64,000 bases of DNA from Thermomicrobiales bacterium (lineage in GTDB: Bacteria; Chloroflexota; Chloroflexia; Thermomicrobiales; UBA6265), in contig JAMLHN010000003.1 of NCBI GenBank assembly GCA_023957115.1, positions 927 to 64,926 of the forward strand. Direction: 5' to 3'. Shown here in pieces: positions 55,807 to 64,000 of the stretch. Under the pieces are notes generated by a model. The model did not search any database. It saw only the letters and a program-made list of their open reading frames with translations, and was not told the origin of the DNA. The translations under genes and the position numbers were made by a program. Each line of letters opens with the position of its first letter. Position 1 is the first letter of the stretch.

Positions 55807-55872
55807 ACCGGAGTCCGGAGGCCGGAGAAGAACGACTCGAACCGCGTGCCGTAGCTTCCTCCGGGCTCCGGC
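55807..55872. repeat. Small inverted-heptamer hairpin: (CCGGAGN)x3 ... (NCTCCGG)x2
   Basis: accggagtccggaggccggagaag ... cttcctccgggctccgg forms 6+7 bp helices with single-base bulges. The left arm plus adjacent core (gtccggaggccggagaagaacgac) matches 4211-4234 at 22/24 positions. Confidence 0.7.
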
Positions 55873-55992
55873 AACTCATACGAAATCCGCGTGATTGCTT
55901 GGGGATACCTGGTATGGGGTAGCCGCCGGCACCGGGCCAGCGGCGACACGACACGGGGGTAGACATCCTTGTGTCTTTACCCGGATTCCGTA

Positions 55993-56247
55993 TCAGTTGT
56001 CGGCGAGGATGACGCGCTCACCGTCCAGACCGTGCAGTGCGGAACCGAGCTCGTACGCTTCGTCTCGGCTCATCAGGATGCGGATACTGGGCGCGCCGTC
56101 GGCTGGTCCGAGGTCGATCTGAATCTCGCTATTGGGCAACGATTTGACCACCGCGGCCCCGACGATACGCACGGTTTCATCTCCATCGAAAAGCTGAAAC
56201 TTCACACTGGTACCCGCCTGCTCTTCTGGCTGTCGAACGATGGCCAA
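55993..56247 (-). CDS. Hypothetical small protein (70-84 aa; start uncertain)
   Basis: TTG at 56247 lacks an RBS, and an internal GTG (VKFQLFDGDETVRIVG...) is an alternative start. Composition is coding-like. No family recognised. Confidence 0.35.
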   Translation of the reverse strand: MAIVRQPEEQAGTSVKFQLFDGDETVRIVGAAVVKSLPNSEIQIDLGPADGAPSIRILMSRDEAYELGSALHGLDGERVILADN

Positions 56248-56282
56248 GTATGCGATAGCAGGGGCGGCGGTGGCGAAGGTAG

Positions 56283-58775
56283 CTACCCGTCACGGGAGAC
56301 GATCGGAACCTCTTCGTCGTCCGGATCGTATTCGCCGTAATCGGACTCCTCCGAGTCGTCGTCGAATTCGGGAATGTCGCCGGAATAGACGCCGACCTGG
56401 CGTGCGTACCGAAGAATGCTGGAAACGCCGTCACCGGCATATTTCCCCGAATTCGTTTCGATATCCTTCAATGCGTCGGTGAGCTGTTCCAGCTCGTAGG
56501 CCGAGAGACGGTCGCATGGCAACGCGGGACCGCCGTCCTTGATCAGCCATTCGGTCGTGGTTTCCCCGCTGCCGCCCGAGGCCTGATGCCCGGTGACCGT
56601 ACAGACGGACGTCTGTTCCAAGCCGGGCGGAACCGACCACTCGCCGGCGATGGGTTGCCCATTTGGACCGTTCAGATACGCCGCGTACGTCGGATCGTTG
56701 TGGACGACGTCCATCATCTGTTGCCAGATCGGTCCAGCGCCCTGAATACCGTCCAATTGGGGAAGCTCGGATTCCGCGGCGCCCGTTTGTGAGGTTTGTC
56801 CGGTCCAGACTCCGATGGCCACATCGGTCGTATAGCCCATCGTCCAGATGTCTTTCCAGTTATCGGTCGTTCCCGATTTGGCGGCTACCGGGCGCCCGAG
56901 CCGGTCTCCGGTGTCTTCGAAGAGATTGCCCCGGCCAAAGACCATCGACCGGGCCTCATCGTCGGTCAGGATCGAGGTGACCTGGTAGGCGATCTCCGGC
57001 GAGAGCGCCTGCGGTGCGTTTTGCAGGCTCGTGTCACGGTCGAGCTCGTAGAGCACCGTTCCATTGGAATCGGTGATTTTGAGAATCGGATTTGCCGCGA
57101 CGTACTTTCCTTCATTGGCGAAGGTTGCGTAGACGTTGGTGTGCTCCAGGAGGGGAATCTCTCCCGATCCGAGCGCCAGTGAGAGCCCGTAGTTCTCCGG
57201 TGATTCGGGCATCCCGGTCTTGATGCCCATGCGCCGCGCCAGATCGTAGGCGTGCTCGACCCCCGCATACTGAATCGCCTTGACCGCCGGGATGTTCAGC
57301 GAGTTCGACAGCGCGGTCCGCACCGGAACGGCTCCATAGGAGAGCCCCGTGTAATTCCTTGGCTCGTAATAAGGTTCGGGTGCCCCAGGTGTTTCGACGC
57401 GCATGGTGTCGTCAATCACGACTGTTCCCGGATTCCAGCCGCTCTCGAATGCGGCGGCATAGATGACCGGTTTGATCGACGAGCCGGGTTGAATATTGGC
57501 CAAGGCGTAGTTGATCTGACCGCCGATGGTTGGGTCGTTGAAGTCGGCCGAGCCGACCATCGCCAGGACCTCGCCGGTGTACGGCACCATCACGACCATG
57601 GCGGCATTGTTGCGCCGGTAGGCGTTCAGGAAGGGCATGTTCTCCTGGACGATCTGCTCGGCTTCCGCCTGAAGGTCGAGATCGATAGATGTCCAGATTT
57701 GCAACCCGCCCTTGACGAACGCATCGTCGCCGTACTTCTCGCGGACGTAATCCTTGACGTACTGGGTGAAATGTGGCGCGCCCTGCACTTCGCTGGTTCT
57801 GGTTTGTGGCTGGAGCGGGGTGTTGTACGCCTCGTCGGCTTCCTCTCGGGTGATGTAGTTGTACTTGACCATCTGGTCGAGCACGTACTTCTGGCGCAGT
57901 TTTGCCTGATCGAGCCGGACCGTCGGGTCGTACCAGGAGGGGGCTTGCGGCAAGCCGGCCAGCATCGACGCCTCGGCCAGCGTGAGCTCGCTGGCATGCT
58001 TATTGAAGAAGGTTTGCGCCGCGGCTTCGATCCCATAGGATCGTTGTCCGTAGAAGATCAAGTTCAGGTACATCGTCAGGATGTCCTGTTTCGAGAAGTT
58101 CTGGTCCATCCCGATGGCCGCCAGTGCTTCCTTGAATTTGCGCGTGAGGGAAATGTCGTATCCGATCTCTTCCGGATAGAGACCGCGGGCCAACTGTTGC
58201 GTAATCGTCGAGCCGCCCGATGAGCCGTCGCCGCTGAGGTTGATCGTGACCCCGCGGAGAATCGCCATCGGTTCGACGCCCTGATGACTCCAGAAGGTGG
58301 CATCCTCGGCGGCAACCGTGGCGTCGATCATGTATTGCGAGACCTGGTCCAGTGCCACGAACGTGCGCCAACCGCCATCGGGTGCTTCGATCTCCTGCAG
58401 CAGCTTGCCGTTTCGGTCATAGATGCGCGAGGTCTGGAAGGTGTCGACCGTGACCACCGCGGCGTTGGGCAGATCGGCGTTGATTCGTCGATAGGCTTCG
58501 ACCGTGCCGCCGACCGCGGCGACGGTGGACACGGCGGTGAGCAGCACCGTCGTGAGGAACAGCCCGAGAAAGACAAAGGCGCCCACGACAACGAATCGCT
58601 GCACCATGGCGTTGTTGCGCTTGCGGCGACGTGCGATCCCTGGCAGGAGGTAGGGTGGCAGCTTCTTCTTGCCGGCCGCTTTGTGGCGCGCGCGTTGTCC
58701 TGCCGCTATGCGGCGGGGATCGGAATGCGATCCGGACAAACTGCTCACGTACGAACCTTTCAGGGAGCCGAACAC
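56283..58775 (-). CDS. Class A penicillin-binding protein (PBP1A-type transglycosylase/transpeptidase) with an acidic C-terminal tail
   Basis: GT51 motifs (EDATFWSHQG, GGSTITQQL). Transpeptidase SxxK (GSSIKP), SxN (SLN) and KSGT (AKSGTT) motifs. The tail is EFDDDSEESDYGEYDPDDEE. GTG start. Confidence 0.9.
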   Translation of the reverse strand: MFGSLKGSYVSSLSGSHSDPRRIAAGQRARHKAAGKKKLPPYLLPGIARRRKRNNAMVQRFVVVGAFVFLGLFLTTVLLTAVSTVAAVGGTVEAYRRINADLPNAAVVTVDTFQTSRIYDRNGKLLQEIEAPDGGWRTFVALDQVSQYMIDATVAAEDATFWSHQGVEPMAILRGVTINLSGDGSSGGSTITQQLARGLYPEEIGYDISLTRKFKEALAAIGMDQNFSKQDILTMYLNLIFYGQRSYGIEAAAQTFFNKHASELTLAEASMLAGLPQAPSWYDPTVRLDQAKLRQKYVLDQMVKYNYITREEADEAYNTPLQPQTRTSEVQGAPHFTQYVKDYVREKYGDDAFVKGGLQIWTSIDLDLQAEAEQIVQENMPFLNAYRRNNAAMVVMVPYTGEVLAMVGSADFNDPTIGGQINYALANIQPGSSIKPVIYAAAFESGWNPGTVVIDDTMRVETPGAPEPYYEPRNYTGLSYGAVPVRTALSNSLNIPAVKAIQYAGVEHAYDLARRMGIKTGMPESPENYGLSLALGSGEIPLLEHTNVYATFANEGKYVAANPILKITDSNGTVLYELDRDTSLQNAPQALSPEIAYQVTSILTDDEARSMVFGRGNLFEDTGDRLGRPVAAKSGTTDNWKDIWTMGYTTDVAIGVWTGQTSQTGAAESELPQLDGIQGAGPIWQQMMDVVHNDPTYAAYLNGPNGQPIAGEWSVPPGLEQTSVCTVTGHQASGGSGETTTEWLIKDGGPALPCDRLSAYELEQLTDALKDIETNSGKYAGDGVSSILRYARQVGVYSGDIPEFDDDSEESDYGEYDPDDEEVPIVSRDG

Positions 58776-58864
58776 TGCGGGCGCGGGGATGCCAGCACAA
58801 TCGAGAACGCACCGGACCTCCGGCGAGTTTCGCTGGCAGATGGTAGCAGGTGAAGCTTAAGGAA

Positions 58865-59052
58865 CGCAGGTAGCAGGTAGCAGTTGGTTGTCAGCAGTCA
58901 GTCATCGGCAGTTGGGAGCAGATTGCCATGGCACCAACCGTCGTCCCGGGCGAAACCGAGGGATCTCGTCGCCACAGCGAGCCGGACCAACTGCGAACCA
59001 TGCGCTCAGACAGCCGACAGCTAACTGCTCATGAAAACTGACTGCCGACTGC
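58865..59052. repeat. Composite element with degenerate GCAGNNN-type heptamer arms and an internal copy of the 40-nt motif
   Basis: Left arm gcaggtagcaggtagcagttggttgtcagcagtcagtcatcggcagttgggagcag. Right arm cagccgacagctaactgctcatgaaaactgactgccgactgctcg (inverse-like). The core carries gtcgtcccgggcgaaaccgagggatctcgtcgccacagcg. Confidence 0.7.
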
Positions 59053-59055
59053 TCG

Positions 59056-59598
59056 CTAAAGCTGACCCACGATCTCGTCGCGCTTGCGGCAGAGCTCTTC
59101 GACCGTGATGTGCCCCGATCGGAACAGATCCGCGACCGCCCAGAGCCGTGCCGACGCTTCCGAAAGCGCGGTCAGCTTCTTGCGGCGATTGCCTGCCCGC
59201 CGAACCGTCATCTCTCCAGCAATCGAAAGCGCGGTGATCGCATCGAAAGCGACATCCTTGCTGACCGGCGGCGCTTCATACGCCAGCGGGAGCTGCTGAT
59301 AGCCGTTGACATCGGCGTCGATCGCTTCCATGAGCCGGCGGACCGACGCGCTCAGGTGCGATTCAAAGGCGTTCAATGCCGCCTTGTGATGCGCGGCTGG
59401 CAACTGCTTCGACTCCAGAAACGCGGCGGGCGACTCCGGCTGTCCCTTCCAATCGGTGGAAAGGGCGATGTCGTCCAGAAATGCCTTGTCCGAGGGACAT
59501 CCCGCCCACTGGGCGAGCAATACGTCTTCAACTTTCGGTGGTGCAAGCCGGCCGAGCGCGCGAATCGATCGCGACCGTGTCCGGGGCGCCTCATCCAT
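59056..59598 (-). CDS. Hypothetical protein (180 aa, predicted helical)
   Basis: I trimmed the ORF to ATG 59598 (MDEAPRTRSRS...), with AAGGAAG upstream. No family recognised. Confidence 0.45.
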   Translation of the reverse strand: MDEAPRTRSRSIRALGRLAPPKVEDVLLAQWAGCPSDKAFLDDIALSTDWKGQPESPAAFLESKQLPAAHHKAALNAFESHLSASVRRLMEAIDADVNGYQQLPLAYEAPPVSKDVAFDAITALSIAGEMTVRRAGNRRKKLTALSEASARLWAVADLFRSGHITVEELCRKRDEIVGQL

Positions 59599-59778
59599 CT
59601 TCTCTTCCTTCGAGCGGGGGTAGAGGGATGGTAGCCGAAAGCGCTCGTACGTACAAGGATCGGAAACCGCGTTATGTTCTGAGGATTCCCAAATTTCCGT
59701 ATCTTCTTGACAGAACCTCACGAGCGCCGCTGATTTTTCCGCAACGACGGGAGGAGCGAGGAGCTGGGATCTGGGAGC

Positions 59779-60790
59779 TAGAGCAAAGACCTAAAGGGTT
59801 GCCAATGTGGCACGATCGTGCCATGCTGTGGCCATGCCCCGTGCCTATTCGGTCGACCTCCGTGAACGGGTGATGGCAGCCGTGGCGGACGGCTGCTCCA
59901 TTGCTGAGGCGGCCCACCGGTTTTCCGTCAGGGTCGATGCGATCTATGACTGGCGGCGCCGACAGCAGACCACCGGGTCGCTGGCGCCGACGACCCACCA
60001 CTGCGGACGCCCTCGTCGCGTGAGCCCGGAGATGGATCGGGCACTGCAGGCGCAGATCGACGCGGAGCCCGATGCTACCCTGACCGAATTGCAGGCGTGG
60101 CTGGCCACGGAGCATGGGCTCGTCGTCGGTCGTGGCACGGTCATTCGGGCCGTGGCGCGACTGGATCGTCCCCGAAAAGAGTCTGATCGCCACCGAGCGC
60201 GATCCTGAGCAGCGGGCAGCGTGGCACCAGGACCAGGCGCGGTTGGTGGCCGACGATCTGGTCTTTCTGGACGAAACCAGTACCCAGATCACCCTGACCC
60301 GCCGCCATGGCCGAGCCCTACCGTGGGCACCGGCTGGTCGCGGCGGTTCCCCGCAACCACGGACGCAACGTCACCTGCCTGGCCGCGTTGCGCACAACCG
60401 GAGTGGGACCATCCCTGGTCTTCGAAGGTGCGCTCAATGGACCGGTCTTTGCCCAGTGGGTGCGCACGCAGTTGGTACCGACCTTGCGACCGGGTCAGAT
60501 CGTGATCCTGGACAACCTGAATGTGCATAAGGCTCCCGAGGCGCGGCGGGCCATTGAGGCCGCTGGGTGTCAGCTGCGCTTCCTGCCAGCCTATTCGCCG
60601 GACTTCAATCCGATCGAACTGGTCTTCAGCCGGCTCAAGACCCACCTGCGCACCATCGCCGCACGCACGGTCGATGCCTTGATGACGGCAATCGGGGATG
60701 GGCTCAATGCCGTCACCGCCACCGATGCCCGCAACTGCGTGCGCATGCTGGGTATTCCTAACCAGGGCGACCTTTTCGGTCTGCGCTCTA
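59779..60790 (+). mobile_element. IS630-family insertion sequence (about 1.0 kb) with TA target-site duplication in a CTAG site
   Basis: Imperfect terminal inverted repeats: ctagagcaaagacctaaagggttgcc at the left, versus the reverse complement of the right end, ctagagcgcagaccgaaaaggtcgcc. TA at 59779-59780 and 60789-60790. It encodes an IS630-type HTH plus DDE transposase. Confidence 0.8.
59834..60788 (+). pseudogene. IS630 transposase split over three frames (two +1 shifts at C-runs)
   Basis: MPRAYSVDLRERVMAAVADGCSIAEAAHRF...ARLDRP, shift near 60170; EKSLIATERDPEQRAAW...VFLDETSTQITLTRRHGRA, shift near 60317; YRGHRLVAAVPRNHGRNVTCLAAL...ILDNLNVHK...LPAYSPDFNPIELVFSRLK. No in-frame stop occurs before the right IS end. 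Confidence 0.75.
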
Positions 60791-60822
60791 GGAATTGGGT
60801 GTCGGGAGTTGGCCGGGCCTAC

Positions 60823-61329
60823 CTACTGATTGCCGGTGACCGGCTGCTGGCCGCTCCGTTCCAGAACCTCGAAGTCGTGGGGGAAGGCGAGTTCGGGGAG
60901 GGCATCGGCGGAAAACCAACCGAGCTCGGTCAGGTCGTCACCCGCGGTTGCGGCGCCGGAAACGATCGTACCCCTGTAGACGGCGAGGACGACGGTTTCC
61001 CCTGAAGATGAGAGCAGACCGAGCAATTCGCCCAGCTCGATCTGGAATCCCGTTTCCTCCAGCACTTCACGGACCGCCGCATCCTCGACCTTCTCGCCCC
61101 GCTCGACGAATCCCGCCGGAAAGCTCCACTTCCCCGCGGCGCGGGCGCCCGGTCCACGCCGCCCGAGCAGAACCTTGCCGTCCCGCTGAAGCACCACTGC
61201 CACCGCCAGCTTGGGATCGAGATAGGTGACCGCGCCACAGCGTTCGCAGACCGGACGCGGGCGGCCGTCGTGCGCTCGCACGACCGTTTCCCCTCCGCAT
61301 CGCTGGCAATAGAGCATCGTTCCATCCAT
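60823..61329 (-). CDS. NUDIX hydrolase with an N-terminal zinc ribbon
   Basis: C-terminal part of the 664-aa track ORF. YCQRCGG...CERCG zinc ribbon, then the Nudix box GKWSFPAGFVERGEKVEDAAVREVLEETG. The start is uncertain (ATG at 61317, 61329 or 61353). Confidence 0.8.
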   Translation of the reverse strand: MDGTMLYCQRCGGETVVRAHDGRPRPVCERCGAVTYLDPKLAVAVVLQRDGKVLLGRRGPGARAAGKWSFPAGFVERGEKVEDAAVREVLEETGFQIELGELLGLLSSSGETVVLAVYRGTIVSGAATAGDDLTELGWFSADALPELAFPHDFEVLERSGQQPVTGNQ

Positions 61330-61407
61330 GATGCAGACAATGGTGCACGACATTGCGGTTGTTATGCTTGCGCAACCGGGGGCGGCATCGCCCGTTTCAC
61401 GCAGGTA

Positions 61408-62592
61408 ATGATTGGAAAGCATGTGACGCGCACTATCGATCGTGACGATCTCGAGCGACTGGCGATCGGCGCCGGCATTCTCGGCACTGGGGGTGGCGGC
61501 AACCCATACCTCGGCAAACTCCACGCCAGACGCCTGCTGGATCAGGGACTTACGATCACGGTCGTCCCGGCGTCCGATGTTCCGGACGACGCGCTCGTCA
61601 CGACGGTTGGCTCGATCGGTGCGCCGGTCGTCAGCAACGAGCGTCCAAAACAGGGCGAAGAGTTCCTGGTCTCGCTGCGCGCGCTGGAAAAACATCTGGG
61701 ACGCGAGATCACACATGTTACCTGCGCCGAGATCGGCGGCTCGAACAGCATGTCGCCCATGATCGTTGCGGCCCAGGCGAATCTGCCGGTCGTCGACGGC
61801 GATGGAATGGGGCGCGCATTTCCAGAGCTGCAAATGGACACCTTCATGATCTATGGCATCGACCCAACGCCCGCGGTCATCTCCGATCCGCGCGGCCATG
61901 TCGCGATCTTCGACAAGTTGGACGATCCGACCACGTTGGAGCGCTATGCCCGCACCGTCACCGTGCAGATGGGCGGCTCGGCGGGAGCAGCGGGACCGGC
62001 TATGTCCGGGAGGGCCATGAAACGCGTCCTCATTCGCGACACCATCACCCTGGCAATCGAAATCGGCGATGCGGCCTTGAAGGCGCGAGCAACCCACGCC
62101 GACCCGGTCGATGCCGTCCTCGGCGTTGCCGGCGGCCAGCGGCTCTTCCGCGGCAAGATCGTGGATGTCGACCGGCGGCTGGTGGGGGGATTCGCCCGCG
62201 GCGAGCTGGCAGTCGACGGGATCGGTCCAAACGACGGCGAAACGCTCAAGATCGATTTCCAGAACGAAAATCTGATCGCGCGAACGGGTAAGGGCGAGAT
62301 CCTGGCCGTGGTTCCGGACCTGATTTGCATCGTCGACGCGGAAACCGCCGAACCGATTACCACTGAGCTCTTGCGGTACGGCCTGCGGATCGAGGTGCTG
62401 GGCATTCCAGCGCCGGAGGCCCTCAAGAGCGAGGCAGCCATGCGCTATGTCGGACCGGCAGCGTTTGGCTACAAGGACGTCGCGTTCGTTCCGCTTCCGG
62501 GACACTTTGCGAACAACCCCAACGCCTTCGATCTCGACGCCGCGATGTCCCATCTGGCAAGCCGCTCCTGCGGATCGCCCGTGGTACGCTGA
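61408..62592 (+). CDS. DUF917-family protein (hydantoinase/oxoprolinase-associated family)
   Basis: I trimmed the ORF to ATG 61408 (MIGKHVTRTIDRDDLERLAIGAGILGTGGGGNPYLG). The GTGGGG(N/D)P block and AEIGGSNS are characteristic of DUF917. Confidence 0.75.
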   Translation: MIGKHVTRTIDRDDLERLAIGAGILGTGGGGNPYLGKLHARRLLDQGLTITVVPASDVPDDALVTTVGSIGAPVVSNERPKQGEEFLVSLRALEKHLGREITHVTCAEIGGSNSMSPMIVAAQANLPVVDGDGMGRAFPELQMDTFMIYGIDPTPAVISDPRGHVAIFDKLDDPTTLERYARTVTVQMGGSAGAAGPAMSGRAMKRVLIRDTITLAIEIGDAALKARATHADPVDAVLGVAGGQRLFRGKIVDVDRRLVGGFARGELAVDGIGPNDGETLKIDFQNENLIARTGKGEILAVVPDLICIVDAETAEPITTELLRYGLRIEVLGIPAPEALKSEAAMRYVGPAAFGYKDVAFVPLPGHFANNPNAFDLDAAMSHLASRSCGSPVVR

Positions 62593-62653
62593 ACGCTCGT
62601 ACGAACGTGCCATGTCGTACGTGAGACCGGTGTGGACGCGAGGAACCTGAACC

Positions 62654-62914
62654 ATGGAAATGACCGAAGCCGCCCAACTGGGATATGCGCAGTTCTGGAA
62701 GCGGATGTCGATGCATATCGGCTTGAGTGAGGCTGCCAGGGCAGTCGGTGGGATCAAAGCGTCCCAGCTCAGCGCATTCGAGCAGGGGAAAGCGCATTCG
62801 CTTTCGGACGAGGACATCCAGCGCTATATCGACTATCTCGACCGGCGTAAAGCCGAACAACCACCTCATATTCCAACCGACGACGAGCTGCCTGTCTTCT
62901 CCGACGAAGACTGA
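62654..62914 (+). CDS. Small putative HTH (XRE-like) protein (86 aa)
   Basis: ATG with GAGGA upstream. [25 protein letters not shown] resembles an XRE-type helix-turn-helix. Acidic tail. Confidence 0.45.
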   Translation: MEMTEAAQLGYAQFWKRMSMHIGLSEAARAVGGIKASQLSAFEQGKAHSLSDEDIQRYIDYLDRRKAEQPPHIPTDDELPVFSDED

Positions 62915-62920
62915 CAATTT

Positions 62921-63011
62921 GGGAGCTGGGAGCTGGGAGCTGGGAGCTGGGAGCTGGGAGCTGGGAGCTGGGAGCTGGGAGCTGGGAGCTGGGAGCTGGG
63001 AGCTGGGAGCT
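62921..63011. repeat. Perfect (GGGAGCT)x13 heptanucleotide array
   Basis: Read directly: 91 bp starting 7 nt after the stop of the HTH gene. Same unit as the 22539 array. Confidence 0.95.
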
Positions 63012-63165
63012 GGGCGAACACCCGGCGGCCCGAGCGATGCGGAGGGCCCCTCACTCCTCGCCATTTGGGAGAAACCCTGTAGGTATACAGGGGTAATGAG
63101 CTCCTGACTTCAGTCTGGAGATAACTCTCCCCTTCGCTGCGCTTCCGTCGGGACGGCGGCTCGAT

Positions 63166-63192
63166 CCCCAACTCCTATATCCCAACTCCTCA
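63166..63192. repeat. Inverted heptamer arm (ccccaactcctatatcccaactcctc) pairing with the 62921 array
   Basis: Near-complement of GGGAGYT units. Together with the array it brackets a core of about 150 nt containing the palindrome ccctgtaggtatacaggg and a divergent copy of the 40-nt motif (63127-63165). Confidence 0.75.
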
Positions 63193-63315
63193 AAATGCAA
63201 CATTCTTGACATAGTGACAGGCGTCTCGCGGGTACGGCTGCCATGCGTATGAGCCTACCCTGCGAATGGGAGTAACGGATTGCTCCCGTTCGCGCGTTCA
63301 CCAGGAGGTGAATCG

Positions 63316-64000
63316 ATGGGCTCGCATTCAGCATCTGCTCCGTCCGTAGCCGCACCGCATGTCCCCTTGTCGTCCAGTGCACTCGCGATCCTCGAAGAAT
63401 TCTGGGGCCGACGCGCATTGTCTCTGGCGATGGCGGTGGGAGTGGCGGGGCTTTCTGGATTCGTCTTTGCCCGGCTCATGCCGCGTGGTCCGGTCGATTC
63501 CGGTCAGGCGCTGGCGCTCCTGTTCGGATCGTTGATCGCCGGGGTAGTCGCGGGGTTCATCATGCGCTCCGGTTGGGCCGCCTTGTTCGCCCCGTTGGCA
63601 AGTCTGGCGATCTTCGAGCTCGTGCGGCGCGGGGAGGTCGGCCCCTCGGTCGACGCCATCAATCTCGAAACGACGTTTGGCATCATCGGGCTCCTGGTGG
63701 GCCGTGGCGTCTACGTGCTGATCAGCTTTGTTCCCATGATTGCCGGTGCGATTTATGGATCAACCGTTGCCCAGTGGCTCAGCACGGCCGCCTTGTCGAT
63801 GCGATCGGCCGAGCACCGGCGTATGCGCCGGTCGCGTGTTGCGCTCATCGGCGGTACCGCGTTTGCTGTCGCCGGTCTCGCTCTTTCGCTTGCTCGCCCC
63901 GCCACGGTTCCGGCGGTGACCGATGCGAATGGAAACAAGATCGACGGTAGCGTGGCCGAGCTGATTCCAGTCGATCTGGGTGGACACGAGCAATGGATCG
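63316..64000 (+). CDS. Membrane-anchored protein, probably the N-terminal part of an alpha/beta hydrolase; continues beyond the right edge
   Basis: Not in the ORF track because no stop occurs in the window. ATG 63316 with AGGAGG 7 nt upstream. Four hydrophobic segments, then DGSVAELIPVDLGGHEQWI, which resembles the start of alpha/beta-hydrolase domains (inference). Confidence 0.55.
   Translation, partial: MGSHSASAPSVAAPHVPLSSSALAILEEFWGRRALSLAMAVGVAGLSGFVFARLMPRGPVDSGQALALLFGSLIAGVVAGFIMRSGWAALFAPLASLAIFELVRRGEVGPSVDAINLETTFGIIGLLVGRGVYVLISFVPMIAGAIYGSTVAQWLSTAALSMRSAEHRRMRRSRVALIGGTAFAVAGLALSLARPATVPAVTDANGNKIDGSVAELIPVDLGGHEQWI

Noticed and set aside
55278-55992. RNase P RNA, tmRNA, SRP RNA or 6S RNA in the long gap upstream of the KAS operon
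   Set aside because: I searched by eye for GAGGAAAGTCCGGGC / ACAGAACCCGGCTTA (RNase P), GGGG...TTCGAC 5' and ...TCCACCA 3' ends (tmRNA), and GGAAGGAAGCAGC (SRP). Only loose resemblances were found (for example cccggaggaagctacggc and agatgaacgac), and none of the diagnostic blocks.

Overview
GC-rich bacterial chromosomal segment. I cannot verify taxonomy; twin-arginine signal peptides, Thr/Pro linkers and gene content suggest a Chloroflexota/Thermomicrobia-like or actinobacterial genome. I support about 55 protein-coding genes, mostly housekeeping, transport and metabolism. These include ilvD, fabF, a class A PBP, ohr, a NarL-type two-component system, three ABC transporter gene sets, MFS/EamA/ChrA transporters and several oxidoreductases and hydrolases. 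I found no rRNA, tRNA or CRISPR array. Four things stand out. (1) Nearly every long intergenic gap carries period-7 (heptanucleotide) repeats. There are six perfect tandem arrays of 7-13 copies with five different unit sequences. There are also composite elements built from inverted heptamer arms around a conserved core, and several dispersed 24-45 nt motifs, two of which directly abut stop codons. (2) Gene damage is unusually frequent. fabD is split by three 1-nt deletions. An arylsulfatase is broken by an 8-bp tandem duplication. A GH2 glycosidase is reduced to its N- and C-terminal stubs, and an MFS transporter to its C-terminal third. A holin-like/alkaline-phosphatase-family gene has a 3' frameshift, and the IS630 transposase has two 1-nt insertions. 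Whether these are real pseudogenes or consensus errors needs read-level evidence. (3) One IS630-family element sits in a CTAG site inside a heptamer array, with a TA duplication. (4) Several architectures and contexts are unusual. One is a zinc-ribbon::ketoacyl-synthase fusion heading a KAS-DinB-DUF2568-FabK-like(NMO)-unknown operon. Others are a PAP2::kinase-like::membrane fusion, tandem TAT-secreted cupredoxin-like paralogs beside the two-component system, and a 1000+ aa SLT/5xSH3b/TSP3-like wall protein. Many long ORFs in the supplied track are antisense or repeat-derived artefacts; I trimmed or rejected them.
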